Notes: generated from the sequence alone by a model not told the origin. DNA of 64,000 nucleotides from an uncultured virus (IMG/VR IMGVR_UViG_3300014910_000001) (IMGVR_UViG_3300014910_000001), one strand, 5' to 3'. Shown: positions 28,853 to 39,130, numbered from the stretch's first letter. Translations and numbers: made by a program.

Positions 28853-29215
28853 TTATCGCCATTTAGGCAGGCCCAGTTGATCAAACTCAACATAAAGCGG
28901 TATGCGGGTTGTGTGCCGGTGGCCCACCAGCGACTCACGCTGCTCCGGTATCTCGTCAACTTCCACCGCCGTTTTATAGAGGTGAACGGCCTCTTTCGGA
29001 TCTTCAAAGCACCAGCGATATTGATACACGTCCGTTGGCGTGATCCCCATACAGACGCTGAGCGTGTACAGGAGACGCTGAAGGCCAGTCCAGCTACCAT
29101 CTGGCAACTTGCGGGCGTGGATGATGCCGCATTTCGTTGTGAGGTAGTCGTGTACTTCACTATCCGGCCAGCCCTCAAACGAAAGCCAGCCGTACTGACT
29201 TAACCTGTCGTCCAT
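28853..29215 (-). CDS. Hypothetical protein
   Basis: Coupled to upstream ORF. Confidence 0.65.
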   Translation of the reverse strand: MDDRLSQYGWLSFEGWPDSEVHDYLTTKCGIIHARKLPDGSWTGLQRLLYTLSVCMGITPTDVYQYRWCFEDPKEAVHLYKTAVEVDEIPEQRESLVGHRHTTRIPLYVEFDQLGLPKWR

Positions 29216-29574
29216 CAGCGCCCGGATACCGGATTTTTGCTGGTGGCCAGCGCGGTAGTTTTCGACGGCTGGCGGATGATATAGGTCGGAAACTCAATGC
29301 TTGCCGCCTTATCGTGAAACAGCACCATTGTGCGGGCCTCTGCGCCACCACCAGCGGCGATCTCAACATTTCCTGCCGGTTGCCCGTAAATATCGCTGAA
29401 CTGCTCTGCAAGCGCCTGAGCGACGCTGTAGCAGGCGGGATTTAAATCTGTACTCCCATCAGGCTGTTGCTCCATTTTGAAGCCGTGCGCCAGAAACAGC
29501 GCCCTGATTTCCTGTTTAATCACTGGTGTTCTTATCCTGTAGTTTTGCGTCATCTGCCGACTGGCAAACATCAT
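29215..29574 (-). CDS. Hypothetical phage protein
   Basis: IRALFLAHGFKMEQQPDGSTDLNP motif typical of phage ORFs. Confidence 0.6.
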   Translation of the reverse strand: MMFASRQMTQNYRIRTPVIKQEIRALFLAHGFKMEQQPDGSTDLNPACYSVAQALAEQFSDIYGQPAGNVEIAAGGGAEARTMVLFHDKAASIEFPTYIIRQPSKTTALATSKNPVSGR

Positions 29575-29740
29575 TGAGGTGATGTTGAATCCATTCCGAC
29601 AGCTTCATTCCTTCCCGTTGTGCCTGAACGACATAGCGCTTCTTAATGTCAGGCGGAATGCGCATCTGAATCTGAGCCGTCGCTGGGACGGCTCCTTTAA
29701 GTGCATTTAAAGCCCGTGGGTTACGTGCTTTATCGGTCAT
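29516..29740 (-). CDS. Ribbon-helix-helix-like regulator
   Basis: QIQMRIPPDIKKRYVVQAQREGMKLSEWI. Confidence 0.7.
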   Translation of the reverse strand: MTDKARNPRALNALKGAVPATAQIQMRIPPDIKKRYVVQAQREGMKLSEWIQHHLNDVCQSADDAKLQDKNTSD

Positions 29741-29742
29741 GA

Positions 29743-30423
29743 TTAGCCTCGATTAATTACCCCTTCTGTCGGGGCATATTGTTTGTAAATATCAGGGAAA
29801 TACTCAACACAAAACCCCAGGCCGCAATCCATTTCCTGTAGAGCCGTCAGCGCATCAAGCGGGCGTCCGTCATCTTCAAACAGTGCAAATTCATACGGCA
29901 GAGTAAACTGTGCTGCCGTGATATTTACCATGAACGGCACATCGTATTGCTCGGCCTCTTCGCCCATGATCATTGTCCACTCAAACGCGAACTGATATTC
30001 ACCTTCTGTATCTGTCATGGTGGCTGTGCCGGTAACGGTATCAGCAGTATGCGCTGTCACCACGATCTGTTGAGGTTCCCACCAGTCCAGCTCAAACATG
30101 TTACTGAGCGTCATTCTGTGCGCCGGTGCAGTACCAGGACGCCAGCCTGACTTAAGGATGTAGTCGATGTGATCGCGATAACGCAGGTTGATCTCTTCAA
30201 AAGTCCATTCATCGCCAATGTAGCCAAAGCAAAGGTGATTACGCAGCCAGACAACGGTCGCCAGGTCGGTGCAGCTGGTGGCCACCAGCTCATAATTGGT
30301 TTTGAGATCAGCGTAGGCTTCAGCCGCGATAAAGCCAGGCTGCTGACTCTGCTTAATTACGCCGGTGAGCGTGTAGGACATATGTTGAAGCGCAGCGGTG
30401 GCGGTCATTGAAGAGATGATCAT
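29743..30423 (-). CDS. Hypothetical protein
   Basis: RBS AAGGA, first gene of leftward operon. Confidence 0.7.
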   Translation of the reverse strand: MIISSMTATAALQHMSYTLTGVIKQSQQPGFIAAEAYADLKTNYELVATSCTDLATVVWLRNHLCFGYIGDEWTFEEINLRYRDHIDYILKSGWRPGTAPAHRMTLSNMFELDWWEPQQIVVTAHTADTVTGTATMTDTEGEYQFAFEWTMIMGEEAEQYDVPFMVNITAAQFTLPYEFALFEDDGRPLDALTALQEMDCGLGFCVEYFPDIYKQYAPTEGVINRG

Positions 30424-30594
30424 GATGTTGTTCCTTTAGTGCCTGGTTGCCGCCAGGGCGGATGTGCTGATACAGCGCCATGAGGTGCAATGTATAGAGC
30501 TCAATTTTGATTGTCAATACAAACAAAATGCCTTATTATGACTTTCGTTGACGAGCGTCAACACTGGTATTATGATTGAAGTCGTCGGAGGCGA

Positions 30595-30819
30595 ATGAAG
30601 AAACACCCGAACAAGCATATCCAAGCGGCCATTGCATATGCGTTAGAAAATGGCTGGGTATGGGTTCCACCAGGCGATTCAGCTCACTGCTTTTGTAAGT
30701 TGCGCTGTGGGAATCCAGAAGATGAGCACCGAGATCATCAAATGAGTGTGTGGTCTACTCCGAAAAGCCCGGAGAACCACGCCAAGCAAATTAAGCGGAA
30801 GGTAGGTCACTGCCCTTGA
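30595..30819 (+). CDS. HicA-like toxin (putative)
   Basis: ALENGW...SAH...SVWSTP pattern; promoter TTGACG-17-TATTAT upstream. Confidence 0.6.
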   Translation: MKKHPNKHIQAAIAYALENGWVWVPPGDSAHCFCKLRCGNPEDEHRDHQMSVWSTPKSPENHAKQIKRKVGHCP

Positions 30820-30888
30820 TTTTGCCCGGTAAGGAGTGGTTGACGCCACTCTTTACCGAGTCACACACCAACGAAAAGAAGAGGTACT

Positions 30889-31446
30889 ATGGCGCTTTAT
30901 AACTTCACTCTGACACTCTCAGGCATAACATATGAGACCGAAGGACTGGAAGATGCGCTGTTTGAAAGCGGCTGTGGCGATGCGCTGATTTGCGCATATG
31001 GCCGTTCTGTTTATCTGGAGTTTGATCGTGAAGCCGACTCCCTGGATGATGCGATTGCGTCAGCAATTGAAAACGTAGAGTCTGCCGGTATTGGCGCTAC
31101 AGTAACGTCTGTGGATTCTGCACTGGTCGGCTTAAGTGACATTGCAGATCTCTCTGAAATGTCCCGCCAGGCTATCGCTATGCTGAAAGACGGTACACGC
31201 GGCAACGGTGATTTCCCCTGCCCTATTCAGCGCATTAAAGGCCAGTCACCGCTTTGGGATTGGGCTGACGTTGCACAATGGCTGGCAGAGAACGGGCGAC
31301 TTAAGGCAGGCAGTGAACTGGCCGCTAACGCCCGCACACTCAGTAAATGGAATCTGGCGCTAAGAGCCAGCGCCTCAAAAGACTTTGCAGAAGTGGAGTC
31401 TATCGCCACCAGACTGATCGAACGTCGCCGCGCTGCCAACGCCTGA
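30889..31446 (+). CDS. HicB-like/HTH antitoxin (putative)
   Basis: READSLDDAIASAIENV N-domain plus HTH GLSDIADLSEMSRQAI..FPCP..PLW. Confidence 0.6.
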   Translation: MALYNFTLTLSGITYETEGLEDALFESGCGDALICAYGRSVYLEFDREADSLDDAIASAIENVESAGIGATVTSVDSALVGLSDIADLSEMSRQAIAMLKDGTRGNGDFPCPIQRIKGQSPLWDWADVAQWLAENGRLKAGSELAANARTLSKWNLALRASASKDFAEVESIATRLIERRRAANA

Positions 31447-31706
31447 AATTACTCTCCTGTAGCTGGTGGCGTATCAGGTGTATGCACTTCATAAGTGATA
31501 CTGTACGCCATGCCCATTACCAGCTGATACGCTTCGCATAAGGCCTCATATGCCTAATTATGATCGTAGCTTGGCATAGTGTTCAATGCGTAAGCTACGT
31601 CTGTATTAGTTCAAAGAGTGCAAGCGTCGAGAAATGAATCACGAAAGATATCAATGACAACATGAAAACCCAATGTATAATTGCAAAAAAATATAAGGGG
31701 TAAGTT

Positions 31707-32468
31707 ATGAACAAAAATCTATTACAACTTTGCTATGAGGGTGAGTGCGGCGAAAGTTACATTCGAAGCATGAACGCTCAAGAAGGACTTTTAGTTTCTT
31801 TATCTGATGTACTTAGAACTCTTGCTGCTGAAAACAGAAAAATAGAGGGGAAAAGTACAGCCAACATGGCTACAGTACTTCAAGCTGTGATTAAAACATT
31901 AGATCTTGATGAGCTTAAAAATATTCCTTTAGTTATTGATGGAAATAAAACTTCAGAAGTTTTCCTCACAGAACCCGGCCTTTATCGTGTCCTTGCACAA
32001 GATACGACACCTGCTGGTAAAAAATTTCAACGTTGGCTTTTCCATAGCGTTTTACCAGCAATCCGTGAGTTTGGTATTTACCCACCACCTATTCGAAAAG
32101 AACGATCAGAACTAAGTGCCTTCGCAAATTCTCTACAACAAACGGTTCAAGCTTTAGTTATGGAAATTGAAAAGCGAGAAGCACTAGAAAGTAGAGTTAA
32201 TGAAGTTGAAGTAAAGGTTAATTCTTTATCAAGCCTACGCGATTTATCCAATTTTCGTAATGTGACTGATCGACTGGATGAACTAAACCTTCAACACCTT
32301 TCAGAATATGAAATCTGGTTATGGTGTGAAAAATTACGTAGTGAACATGGTTCAGAAAAAGTGGCGTGTCCATCAGGTAATTCTATTAAAAGCCTATACC
32401 CTTTAGTTATTATAGATGAAGCAATATCTTCTTATCAAAAAGTTGTTTCAGCCAGGCAAAGAAGCTAA
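31707..32468 (+). CDS. Bro-N domain protein
   Basis: FLTEPGLYRVL...KKFQRWLFHSVLPAIREFGIY; AT-rich. Confidence 0.8.
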   Translation: MNKNLLQLCYEGECGESYIRSMNAQEGLLVSLSDVLRTLAAENRKIEGKSTANMATVLQAVIKTLDLDELKNIPLVIDGNKTSEVFLTEPGLYRVLAQDTTPAGKKFQRWLFHSVLPAIREFGIYPPPIRKERSELSAFANSLQQTVQALVMEIEKREALESRVNEVEVKVNSLSSLRDLSNFRNVTDRLDELNLQHLSEYEIWLWCEKLRSEHGSEKVACPSGNSIKSLYPLVIIDEAISSYQKVVSARQRS

Positions 32469-32532
32469 AGAACAGAAAGAAATTTTTTTTGAGCGTGCGC
32501 ATTGTTATTGATAAAATCTTAATAGGAGTACC

Positions 32533-33253
32533 AATGGGGGTTTTAGTGAGTGAATGGTCACCAAATCTAATCGTTGAACTTGTGAAAAGTGTTGCTTGGC
32601 CCGTAGTTGCTCTTCTCATTGGACTCAGCTTTCGAATTAAAATCTTTGATGTTATTCGCTCTTTTTTTACAAAGAATACAGTTTCAGAGATATCGGCTAC
32701 GATAACTGGCTTGTCGGCAAAATTTAAAGTGGCACAACAGTCGGCAGAAGCATTAGAGATGTCTAACGTCAACTCACCGGACTTATCGAAAAATTTAAGC
32801 GCTGAAGCCATAAAAGAAAGACATGACAACTTTAAAACTGAATATAGCGAGGAGTTATATCAATCTACATTAAAGCATGCACTTTCATTAAATATTGACA
32901 ATAAAGAAAAAATTGAGCTTTTATCACGAGAAGTATCACTATATCAAAGTGCCATAAAATACATTGAAATAAACAAAGTTTTATTCCGCTCACAATATGA
33001 ATTGTTTTTCAAAATAACAATTGCTGGTGGTTACATTAGCAAAGAAGATATAATTTCTCATTTTGATAAAATTAAAAAAGAAAATGCTGAAGCTTTTGCT
33101 GGCTGGGATTGGATAACATATATTGCATATCCAGTCAGTATTGGAATTATTCATGAAAAAGATAATTTTTTCGAACTCACTCTAATGGGAAGATCATACA
33201 TGACATTCATGTCAAAAAATACACAATTTATTGAAGAGATCTCTAAGCTTTAA
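32533..33253 (+). CDS. AT-rich hypothetical protein with N-terminal TM helix
   Basis: RBS AGGAG before ATG 32533; VAWPVVALLIGLSF; wHTH-like end ELTLMGRSYM. Confidence 0.7.
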
Positions 33254-33314
33254 TTTTAGACAAATTACTCTTTTCTTTCATTGTGGATGCTTATCATTTA
33301 CCACTAACATTCAT

Positions 33315-34580
33315 TCATTTCATTTTTACAACGGGTAGCTCTTCCCAGCGAGTGAGATAGCGCGGAGATAACATTTCTCGCTTCATCTGGTAAGCCGGAT
33401 TAACGCCCTGACCGGCAATAAACAGCGTGCCGCGCTGGTAACTGTTCAGCTTATCCATCACGGCCATCAACTTATCGCTGCCAGGGCGCGGCGGTGACTC
33501 ATCAAACAGGTTCAGCTGCTGCTCTGAGCCGCAAAACTCCCCCAGCATCACCCCGGCCTTCGCATATTCATAACCGTCACGCCAGATAGCTCTGAGGCCG
33601 CGCACGGCGGCATCAATCAGATCGCGTGAGTCCTGCGTGGCCGTCGTAAACGAATGGCTGGCACCGCGTGAGTAATACGGGCGGCGCGGATCGTGTTTGC
33701 TGGTCTGAATGAATACGGTGATATTCCGGCAGTACTGCTTTTCACGCCGCAGCTTTTCACCGGCGCTGGTGGCAAAGAAGCAGACCGCGTTACTCACCTC
33801 ATCCAGGCTGGTGAGGCGTTTGCCGAACGAACGGCTTACTACGATCTGCTGTTTAGTCGGCGGATTCTCTTCGAGCTCGAAACAGCGTTCGCCGCGCAGC
33901 TCCCGGACGGTGCGCTCCAGCATCACGTTGAAGTTTTTGCGGATCATGGTTGTGTCAGCACGGGCAAGGTCGAGCATGGTTTTAATGTTCATCAGCTGCA
34001 GCCTGGCACCAATCTTTCTGCCAACACCCCACGTCTCAGAGACGTCGAGCAGCGATAGCAGCTTGTCGCGCCGTTTCGGGTCGGTCAGCACCACTACGCC
34101 GCCTGTTTTAGGCCAGGTCTTTGCTGCGTGCGTGGCAACCTTACAGAGCGTCTTTGTCTCCGCTATCCCTATGCCGCACTTCATCGTGGTATGCTGGATA
34201 ACGGTACGCCTGATCTCTTCCCCGAATGTCTGGAAGTCCACCAGCTTCTCCATACCGTCCAGTGAGCCAAACACCTCGTCGATCGAGTACGCTTCCAGGT
34301 TCGGCACATACTCGCCCACTATCGTATGGAAGCGCTTACTGAATGCGTCGTACAGTGTGTAGTTGCTGCTGAACACCACTACGCCGTAGCGGCGGATGGT
34401 ATCGCGTATTTTAAACAGCGGATCGCCTCGCTTCAGGCCCACGTTCTTCGCCTCGCGGTTCAATGCCGCAATACAGCCATCATTGTTCGTCGCCACCACG
34501 ACAGGACGCCCGTACAGGTCCGGCCTGAATGCCAGCTCCGCCGAAACGTAGAAGGCGTTAACGTCACTGTGCAGGAACAT
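33315..34580 (-). CDS. umuC: Second DNA polymerase V catalytic subunit
   Basis: DVNAFYVSAE, NNDGC, YSIDE, MKREMLSPRY. Confidence 0.95.
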   Translation of the reverse strand: MFLHSDVNAFYVSAELAFRPDLYGRPVVVATNNDGCIAALNREAKNVGLKRGDPLFKIRDTIRRYGVVVFSSNYTLYDAFSKRFHTIVGEYVPNLEAYSIDEVFGSLDGMEKLVDFQTFGEEIRRTVIQHTTMKCGIGIAETKTLCKVATHAAKTWPKTGGVVVLTDPKRRDKLLSLLDVSETWGVGRKIGARLQLMNIKTMLDLARADTTMIRKNFNVMLERTVRELRGERCFELEENPPTKQQIVVSRSFGKRLTSLDEVSNAVCFFATSAGEKLRREKQYCRNITVFIQTSKHDPRRPYYSRGASHSFTTATQDSRDLIDAAVRGLRAIWRDGYEYAKAGVMLGEFCGSEQQLNLFDESPPRPGSDKLMAVMDKLNSYQRGTLFIAGQGVNPAYQMKREMLSPRYLTRWEELPVVKMK

Positions 34581-35004
34581 TGTCAGTACGGTGGATCACA
34601 TAAGTAACCACCCCCCATATTTCCAGTGCATCAGGTTCTATCGGGATCGGCTTATAGCGCGGATTCATGGCCAGCAGCATCGGCACCGGCCTCAGTTGCA
34701 GCTTTTTTACCGTAAACTCCCCGTCTACTGAGGCAATCACGATCTGCCCGTCTGCCGCCGCCTTCGATTTATCCACCACCAGCAGATCGCCGTCAAAAAT
34801 ACCGGCCCCAATCATCGACTCACCCTCACAGCGGACGAAATAAGTCGCTGTTTTTGCCCTCACGCAATACTCGTTCAGGTCCAGTGGTGTGTCTTCATAT
34901 CCTATTGCTGGCGACGGAAAACCCGCGGCCACTGTCTCAAGAAATTGTCTGAAAGCCTGTCGTGGCGCGGCTTCATCCGGTATTGCAATTATTTCTAAGC
35001 GCAT
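34564..35004 (-). CDS. umuD: Canonical autocleaving UmuD
   Basis: AG|FPSPA site, GESM serine, FTVKKL lysine. Confidence 0.95.
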   Translation of the reverse strand: MRLEIIAIPDEAAPRQAFRQFLETVAAGFPSPAIGYEDTPLDLNEYCVRAKTATYFVRCEGESMIGAGIFDGDLLVVDKSKAAADGQIVIASVDGEFTVKKLQLRPVPMLLAMNPRYKPIPIEPDALEIWGVVTYVIHRTDNVPAQ

Positions 35005-35020
35005 AATAGCCCCTCCTTTT

Positions 35021-35040
35021 AACTGTATAAAAATACAGTA
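35021..35040. promoter_or_regulatory. LexA (SOS) box
   Basis: AACTGTATAAAAATACAGTA = CTG-N10-CAG upstream of umuD. Confidence 0.9.
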
Positions 35041-35107
35041 TAAGATTAGGAGTATGGAATTGACCAGTGGGCGATTTCATATGAGAATATGTACATTCTA
35101 AAATTTT

Positions 35108-35338
35108 ATGAATTTTCACAATATGAATTTAGGTTTAAAGCAGATCGAATTGGATAAAATGCGCGGAATTTGGAAGGCAAAAGGCTTTGTGGAAGCTGGT
35201 CGAGCTGAGCCGTTACGGATTAATCGCACTGACTGCTATATCACGTTCCTAAAAAAGAATTGGGTATGTAAAGACCTGAAGGGAAACACCATTGATAGCA
35301 GACCAATGCTCTTCGCTCTGCTCAAGCGCAATATCTAA
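35108..35338 (+). CDS. Small hypothetical protein
   Basis: Short ORF; start uncertain (35159 possible). Confidence 0.4.
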   Translation: MNFHNMNLGLKQIELDKMRGIWKAKGFVEAGRAEPLRINRTDCYITFLKKNWVCKDLKGNTIDSRPMLFALLKRNI

Positions 35339-35687
35339 GAATCCGCCAAACTCCCGCGTTTAATATCTGCCTGCGCAAGTCACGCTGTCATAGCTTGCGC
35401 TACCTTCCTTAAGACTAATCATTAGGGGGCATTTTTTGCCCTTTATCTGTACTGCGACATTTACAAAAGAATTTTTCCCGCCGCAGACCGTAGCGTCGCT
35501 GGCTTGGACCTATCTACCTATGTGCATTTTGCAAAACCCTATATCTGGTGGGATTGCACAAGGTGAATCACTGCATTTATGATTCTATTTAAGAGAGGGA
35601 TGGACAGTGGTGTGCTGGAACACGGACTCCCTGAAAAGCAGGGTAAGATGATTACACAAGCCGTGAAAAGAGCCTTATTTTAGGCAC

Positions 35688-35799
35688 AAAAAAACCGCCA
35701 AAAGGCGGCTTTCTTGAAAGTGATGCAGCTAGAAGGCTCCACCCTTCTTTCTGCTCACCGGCGAAATTTTTTCTATCCCGCAGGCGATTACTTTGCTCA
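35688..35799 (-). ncRNA. Putative antitoxin sRNA (~112 nt)
   Basis: TTGTTA-16-TATACT promoter, terminator GCCGCC-TTTT-GGCGGT-T-run; 5' end complementary to 36139-36161. Confidence 0.7.
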
Positions 35800-36237
35800 G
35801 GCTCAGTATACGCATAGGGGTTACGATAACAAGGTCCGCAACAAAATAAGATACACGTCACGTGTGTCAGATGTGGTAAGGCATTGTAGCCGCGCTCATT
35901 GTGAATAGTATGTGGATAAACACTATATCTTGGGGGTTAAGGGGCATTACACCAACAATATACAGGCCTGAACTAGATGATTTATTGATATGCAGCAAGC
36001 GATATTTATACCTAAATCGCAAATATACAGTTAGGTAACATTGCATTTGTAGGTAATCATATATCTTGTTCCACGTCACCAGGCACTCCAATCCTGGCAC
36101 CGGTGAACGCATGGCGTGGCCACTAAAATTCCGTAAAGCTCGTAGGCGATTACTTTGCTCAAAGTTTCTCTGCGGGTCTGATGTAAGAACGTCGCCGGTG
36201 GCGCGATTCATCAGCGGAACGACAGAGGAAAGGCCTA

Positions 36238-36375
36238 ATGAGTCGATTAAAAATCGTCTCCCTGTCTGTGTCAGTACTTTTGACACTTGCAGGAGTGGTT
36301 GCAGCTTCTGGTAGTGCTGGCTGGTCTGTAACGACCAACATCATTACCCAAATCACCGTTAACCACGGCAAATAA
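36238..36375 (+). CDS. Putative type I toxin, 45-aa hydrophobic peptide
   Basis: RBS GAGGAAAGG; MSRLKIVSLSVSVLLTLAGVVAASGSAGWSVTTNIITQITVNHGK; long structured leader; terminator 36378-36402. Confidence 0.65.
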   Translation: MSRLKIVSLSVSVLLTLAGVVAASGSAGWSVTTNIITQITVNHGK

Positions 36376-36478
36376 ATCAAGCCGCCTTCGGGCGGCTTTT
36401 TTTATGCTGGTGGTCCAGATCACAGTGTGCGGCAAACGCTGGCCGGTTCATGGCAGGACCATACCCCGTTCAACAGGT

Positions 36479-36702
36479 ATTAGTCTGTTCATGGTAAGCG
36501 TTAGTCTATTCATGGTGTTCATTGCCCTAAAGCGTTAAACGTTAGTCTATTCATGGTGCGCTGAGCATTTCGCCCGCATGACGCCTAAAAATGCAGCTAT
36601 TTTCTAACATTTGCCATGAATAGACTAATGCCGTCCATGAATCACCTAACGTTATGCGTGCGTTACCGGTTTTCACCTAACGTTCACCATGAATCACCTA
36701 AC
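36479..36702. repeat. incA-like copy-control iterons
   Basis: About six CCATGAA(T/C)(AGA/CAC)CTAA copies in both orientations downstream of repA. Confidence 0.85.
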
Positions 36703-36703
36703 G

Positions 36704-37588
36704 TTATTCGGCTGGTAACAGCTCCGGGCGGCGCGAATGGATCTGAAAGTACACCACCCCATCTTTCTTCACTTCTGTGTAGGTCAGATAGCCTATCTTC
36801 TGTAGCTCCTTCAGAGCATTTCTTACCGCCAAATTTTGCGCACTAATGCTAGATGTCAGATTAAGCCGCTCACGCAAACGCTCCAGTGATATCTGTATGA
36901 ATCCATTTGGCATACTTTCGATGTATACATAGAGAGCTTGAGCTGATTCCTTGCGTGGTAATGCCTGTATGGCCTTAAGCTGCAACAAGACTTTATGATC
37001 AAACGCATATAGCTCCCATAGCCTGGAGTCGCCCTCCAGCGAGATAACGTCTCTCTCAATGTCGAACGTCGCGCTTTGCAGTAAGTGGGTGATAGTGCCT
37101 TTGCTACCGTCTTTGTTTTTGAATGAAACCACAATGGATGCAATGCGGCTAAGTGACGCAAAAAAACGATCACGCGCACGCTGGTTGATATCATCAACAG
37201 CGATGCCCGTCAGTTTGGCAAATTCAGTGAAAGGCAACTCTATACGATTGGAGTGGTCGCCATATTTAGAGAACGCCCGTATAGCACCTATCCACGTCTT
37301 AAAGTCTGTACTCATATCAAGGCGACTGCCGCGAATGTTGATGTTGGTGTAGCCCTCTGCCTTAGCTATTTCGAGCTCGCGCAGGTCTTCCGAAGCGTCA
37401 ATATTGGAGTTTCCGCGTCCGGCTACGGGCTTATTTTTGGCCGATGGGACAAAGACTCCCAAGCGCATCAATGCTATTGGCTGGACGGTTCTGTTAGCCG
37501 TTGGTGTCAGTGTATAAGTCTTCCCTTCTTCGCCACCAACAAATGACAAGGCATCGTTTATTGTCTTGATTTGATTACCATTTTCCAT
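36704..37588 (-). CDS. repA: Plasmid replication initiator, P1 RepA/RepFIB family
   Basis: TVQPIALMRLGVFVP, GSRLDMSTDFKTWIG, RKESAQALY. Confidence 0.95.
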   Translation of the reverse strand: MENGNQIKTINDALSFVGGEEGKTYTLTPTANRTVQPIALMRLGVFVPSAKNKPVAGRGNSNIDASEDLRELEIAKAEGYTNINIRGSRLDMSTDFKTWIGAIRAFSKYGDHSNRIELPFTEFAKLTGIAVDDINQRARDRFFASLSRIASIVVSFKNKDGSKGTITHLLQSATFDIERDVISLEGDSRLWELYAFDHKVLLQLKAIQALPRKESAQALYVYIESMPNGFIQISLERLRERLNLTSSISAQNLAVRNALKELQKIGYLTYTEVKKDGVVYFQIHSRRPELLPAE

Positions 37589-37630
37589 TGATATCGCCTG
37601 ATCGTAGTAATGTGAATATTTATGACCGCC

Positions 37631-37850
37631 ACCATGAATAGACTAACACCCTACCATGAATAAACTAACAATTACCATGAACAGACTAACATTCAACATG
37701 AATAGACTAACTCCCACCATGAATAGACTAATGTAAAATCCACTTTTTCCTTTTTAATTCATCAAGTTGAAAGCAAGGTGATCTCTTAGGATCTATTTAT
37801 GATCTCTATATGATCGATTTATATGATCTATCCAGTGGATAAGTGGATAA
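37631..37850. other. oriR-like plasmid origin
   Basis: Five ACCATGAATAGACTAAC-type iterons at ~21-22 bp spacing, five GATC repeats 37780-37829, tandem GTGGATAA DnaA-like boxes 37835-37850. Confidence 0.9.
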
Positions 37851-37960
37851 CCCGCTGTGCCGATTAACTAAAAGCCATAACCAGTGGACAATTTCATATC
37901 GCTTTACAGATTCTACGAGGTGATCAACAATCTAAAAAATAATTTAGATTTGGTTAAATC

Positions 37961-38629
37961 ATGGAAAGCGCAGATTTTCAGGCCGCACGGGAAAAGCAGG
38001 CAAAAGCACAGCAACGCCAACGCGAAAGACACGCAGCAAAACTGGCAGACCCGGAGTTTCGCCAGCAGCAGTACGCCAAGCAGAAAGCCAGCAGTAGCAG
38101 GATGCTTGCCAGGCAGATTGAAAAGCGTAATTCCCCGGAGTGGATTGCAGAGCAAAAAGCTAAAGCAGTAAAACGCGCTGTAAGCGCATCTGAGCGTCTG
38201 AAAGAGAAAAAGCCAGCATCGGTAGCAGCGAAGCGGCAAACACGCGCCAGCGCGTCAGGCAGAGGCCTTAAAGGGCGCGCACCGACCGCAGCCGAGCGCG
38301 TTGTTATGGATGCACTGGGTAAACTACCCTGCATTGCCTGTCTACAACATGGGAAAGAATCGTTGCTAATCAGCCTGCATCACATTGAGGGCCGGACTAA
38401 ACCCGGCGCACATCTGCTACAGCTCCCCCTTTGCGATCCGCACCACCAGCACGCTGCACCGGCAGCAATCCGGGCTGAGTTCAACTGGCTGGTGCCGGTA
38501 CACGCAGACGGCATTACAGGCGGTAAAGCAGAATTCTCCCGGCATAACGGCACGGAAAAAGAATTGATGATCAAGGCTTACACTATGGCAAGCATCGAAC
38601 ACTTACTGGCGGATACTGAGTGTGTTTGA
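37961..38629 (+). CDS. ref: RecA-dependent HNH nuclease Ref
   Basis: Basic N-tail; LPCIAC, SLHHIEGRTKPGAH, LPLCDPHHQH; operator-like site 37929-37950. Confidence 0.9.
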   Translation: MESADFQAAREKQAKAQQRQRERHAAKLADPEFRQQQYAKQKASSSRMLARQIEKRNSPEWIAEQKAKAVKRAVSASERLKEKKPASVAAKRQTRASASGRGLKGRAPTAAERVVMDALGKLPCIACLQHGKESLLISLHHIEGRTKPGAHLLQLPLCDPHHQHAAPAAIRAEFNWLVPVHADGITGGKAEFSRHNGTEKELMIKAYTMASIEHLLADTECV

Positions 38630-38749
38630 ATAATAATTGATATGGTTAGCAGCAATATTAATCACCAGCTTTGGGTTGGTTGCCACATCAAATACATGTA
38701 AGATTATCATTAAACGATTATCATTCTCACATCTGAGTGAATAGGATAT

Positions 38750-39100
38750 TTGATGAATAAGGTTAGCAAAGTTGCCATTGGAGTTTTTGCTATAGGGGTG
38801 ATCGGATACTTTTCACTTCAGCAACACATGAAAAATGAGATCGCGGCGGACACTGAAGCGTGCAAAACACTTCAGCCGGCAATAGCAGCTGATGCTGTAA
38901 TAGCGGATGTATTGCGTCCTGATAACAGTATTTTCGGGAAGTATCATCTAGCTAGAAAGGATGTGAGTGTGGATATGAGCGGTGTTCAGATAGGACCTAC
39001 TATCGCAATGATACCGTTTACTGTTAGCGCAGTGCCTGGCGTCCCCTACTCCGGCATGCCCCGATGTTCTGACCTAACCGATATTGAGTACGGTAATTAA
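38750..39100 (+). CDS. cmi: Colicin M immunity (Cmi/YebF family) protein
   Basis: N-terminal anchor, two Cys, IPFTVS..Y.GMPRC....IEY; convergent with the bacteriocin gene. Confidence 0.8.
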   Translation: MMNKVSKVAIGVFAIGVIGYFSLQQHMKNEIAADTEACKTLQPAIAADAVIADVLRPDNSIFGKYHLARKDVSVDMSGVQIGPTIAMIPFTVSAVPGVPYSGMPRCSDLTDIEYGN

Positions 39101-39130
39101 TAAAGGGGGCAAACGCCCCCTTTAGATATT

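Noticed and set aside
35652..36380. Minus-strand ORFs sharing EQSNRLR
   Set aside because: The shared peptide is a by-product of the sRNA/target nucleotide repeat
36479..37732. Spaced short repeats as a CRISPR array
   Set aside because: Repeats ~17 bp with 4-5 bp or irregular gaps, mixed orientation, flanking repA: these are iterons; no cas genes
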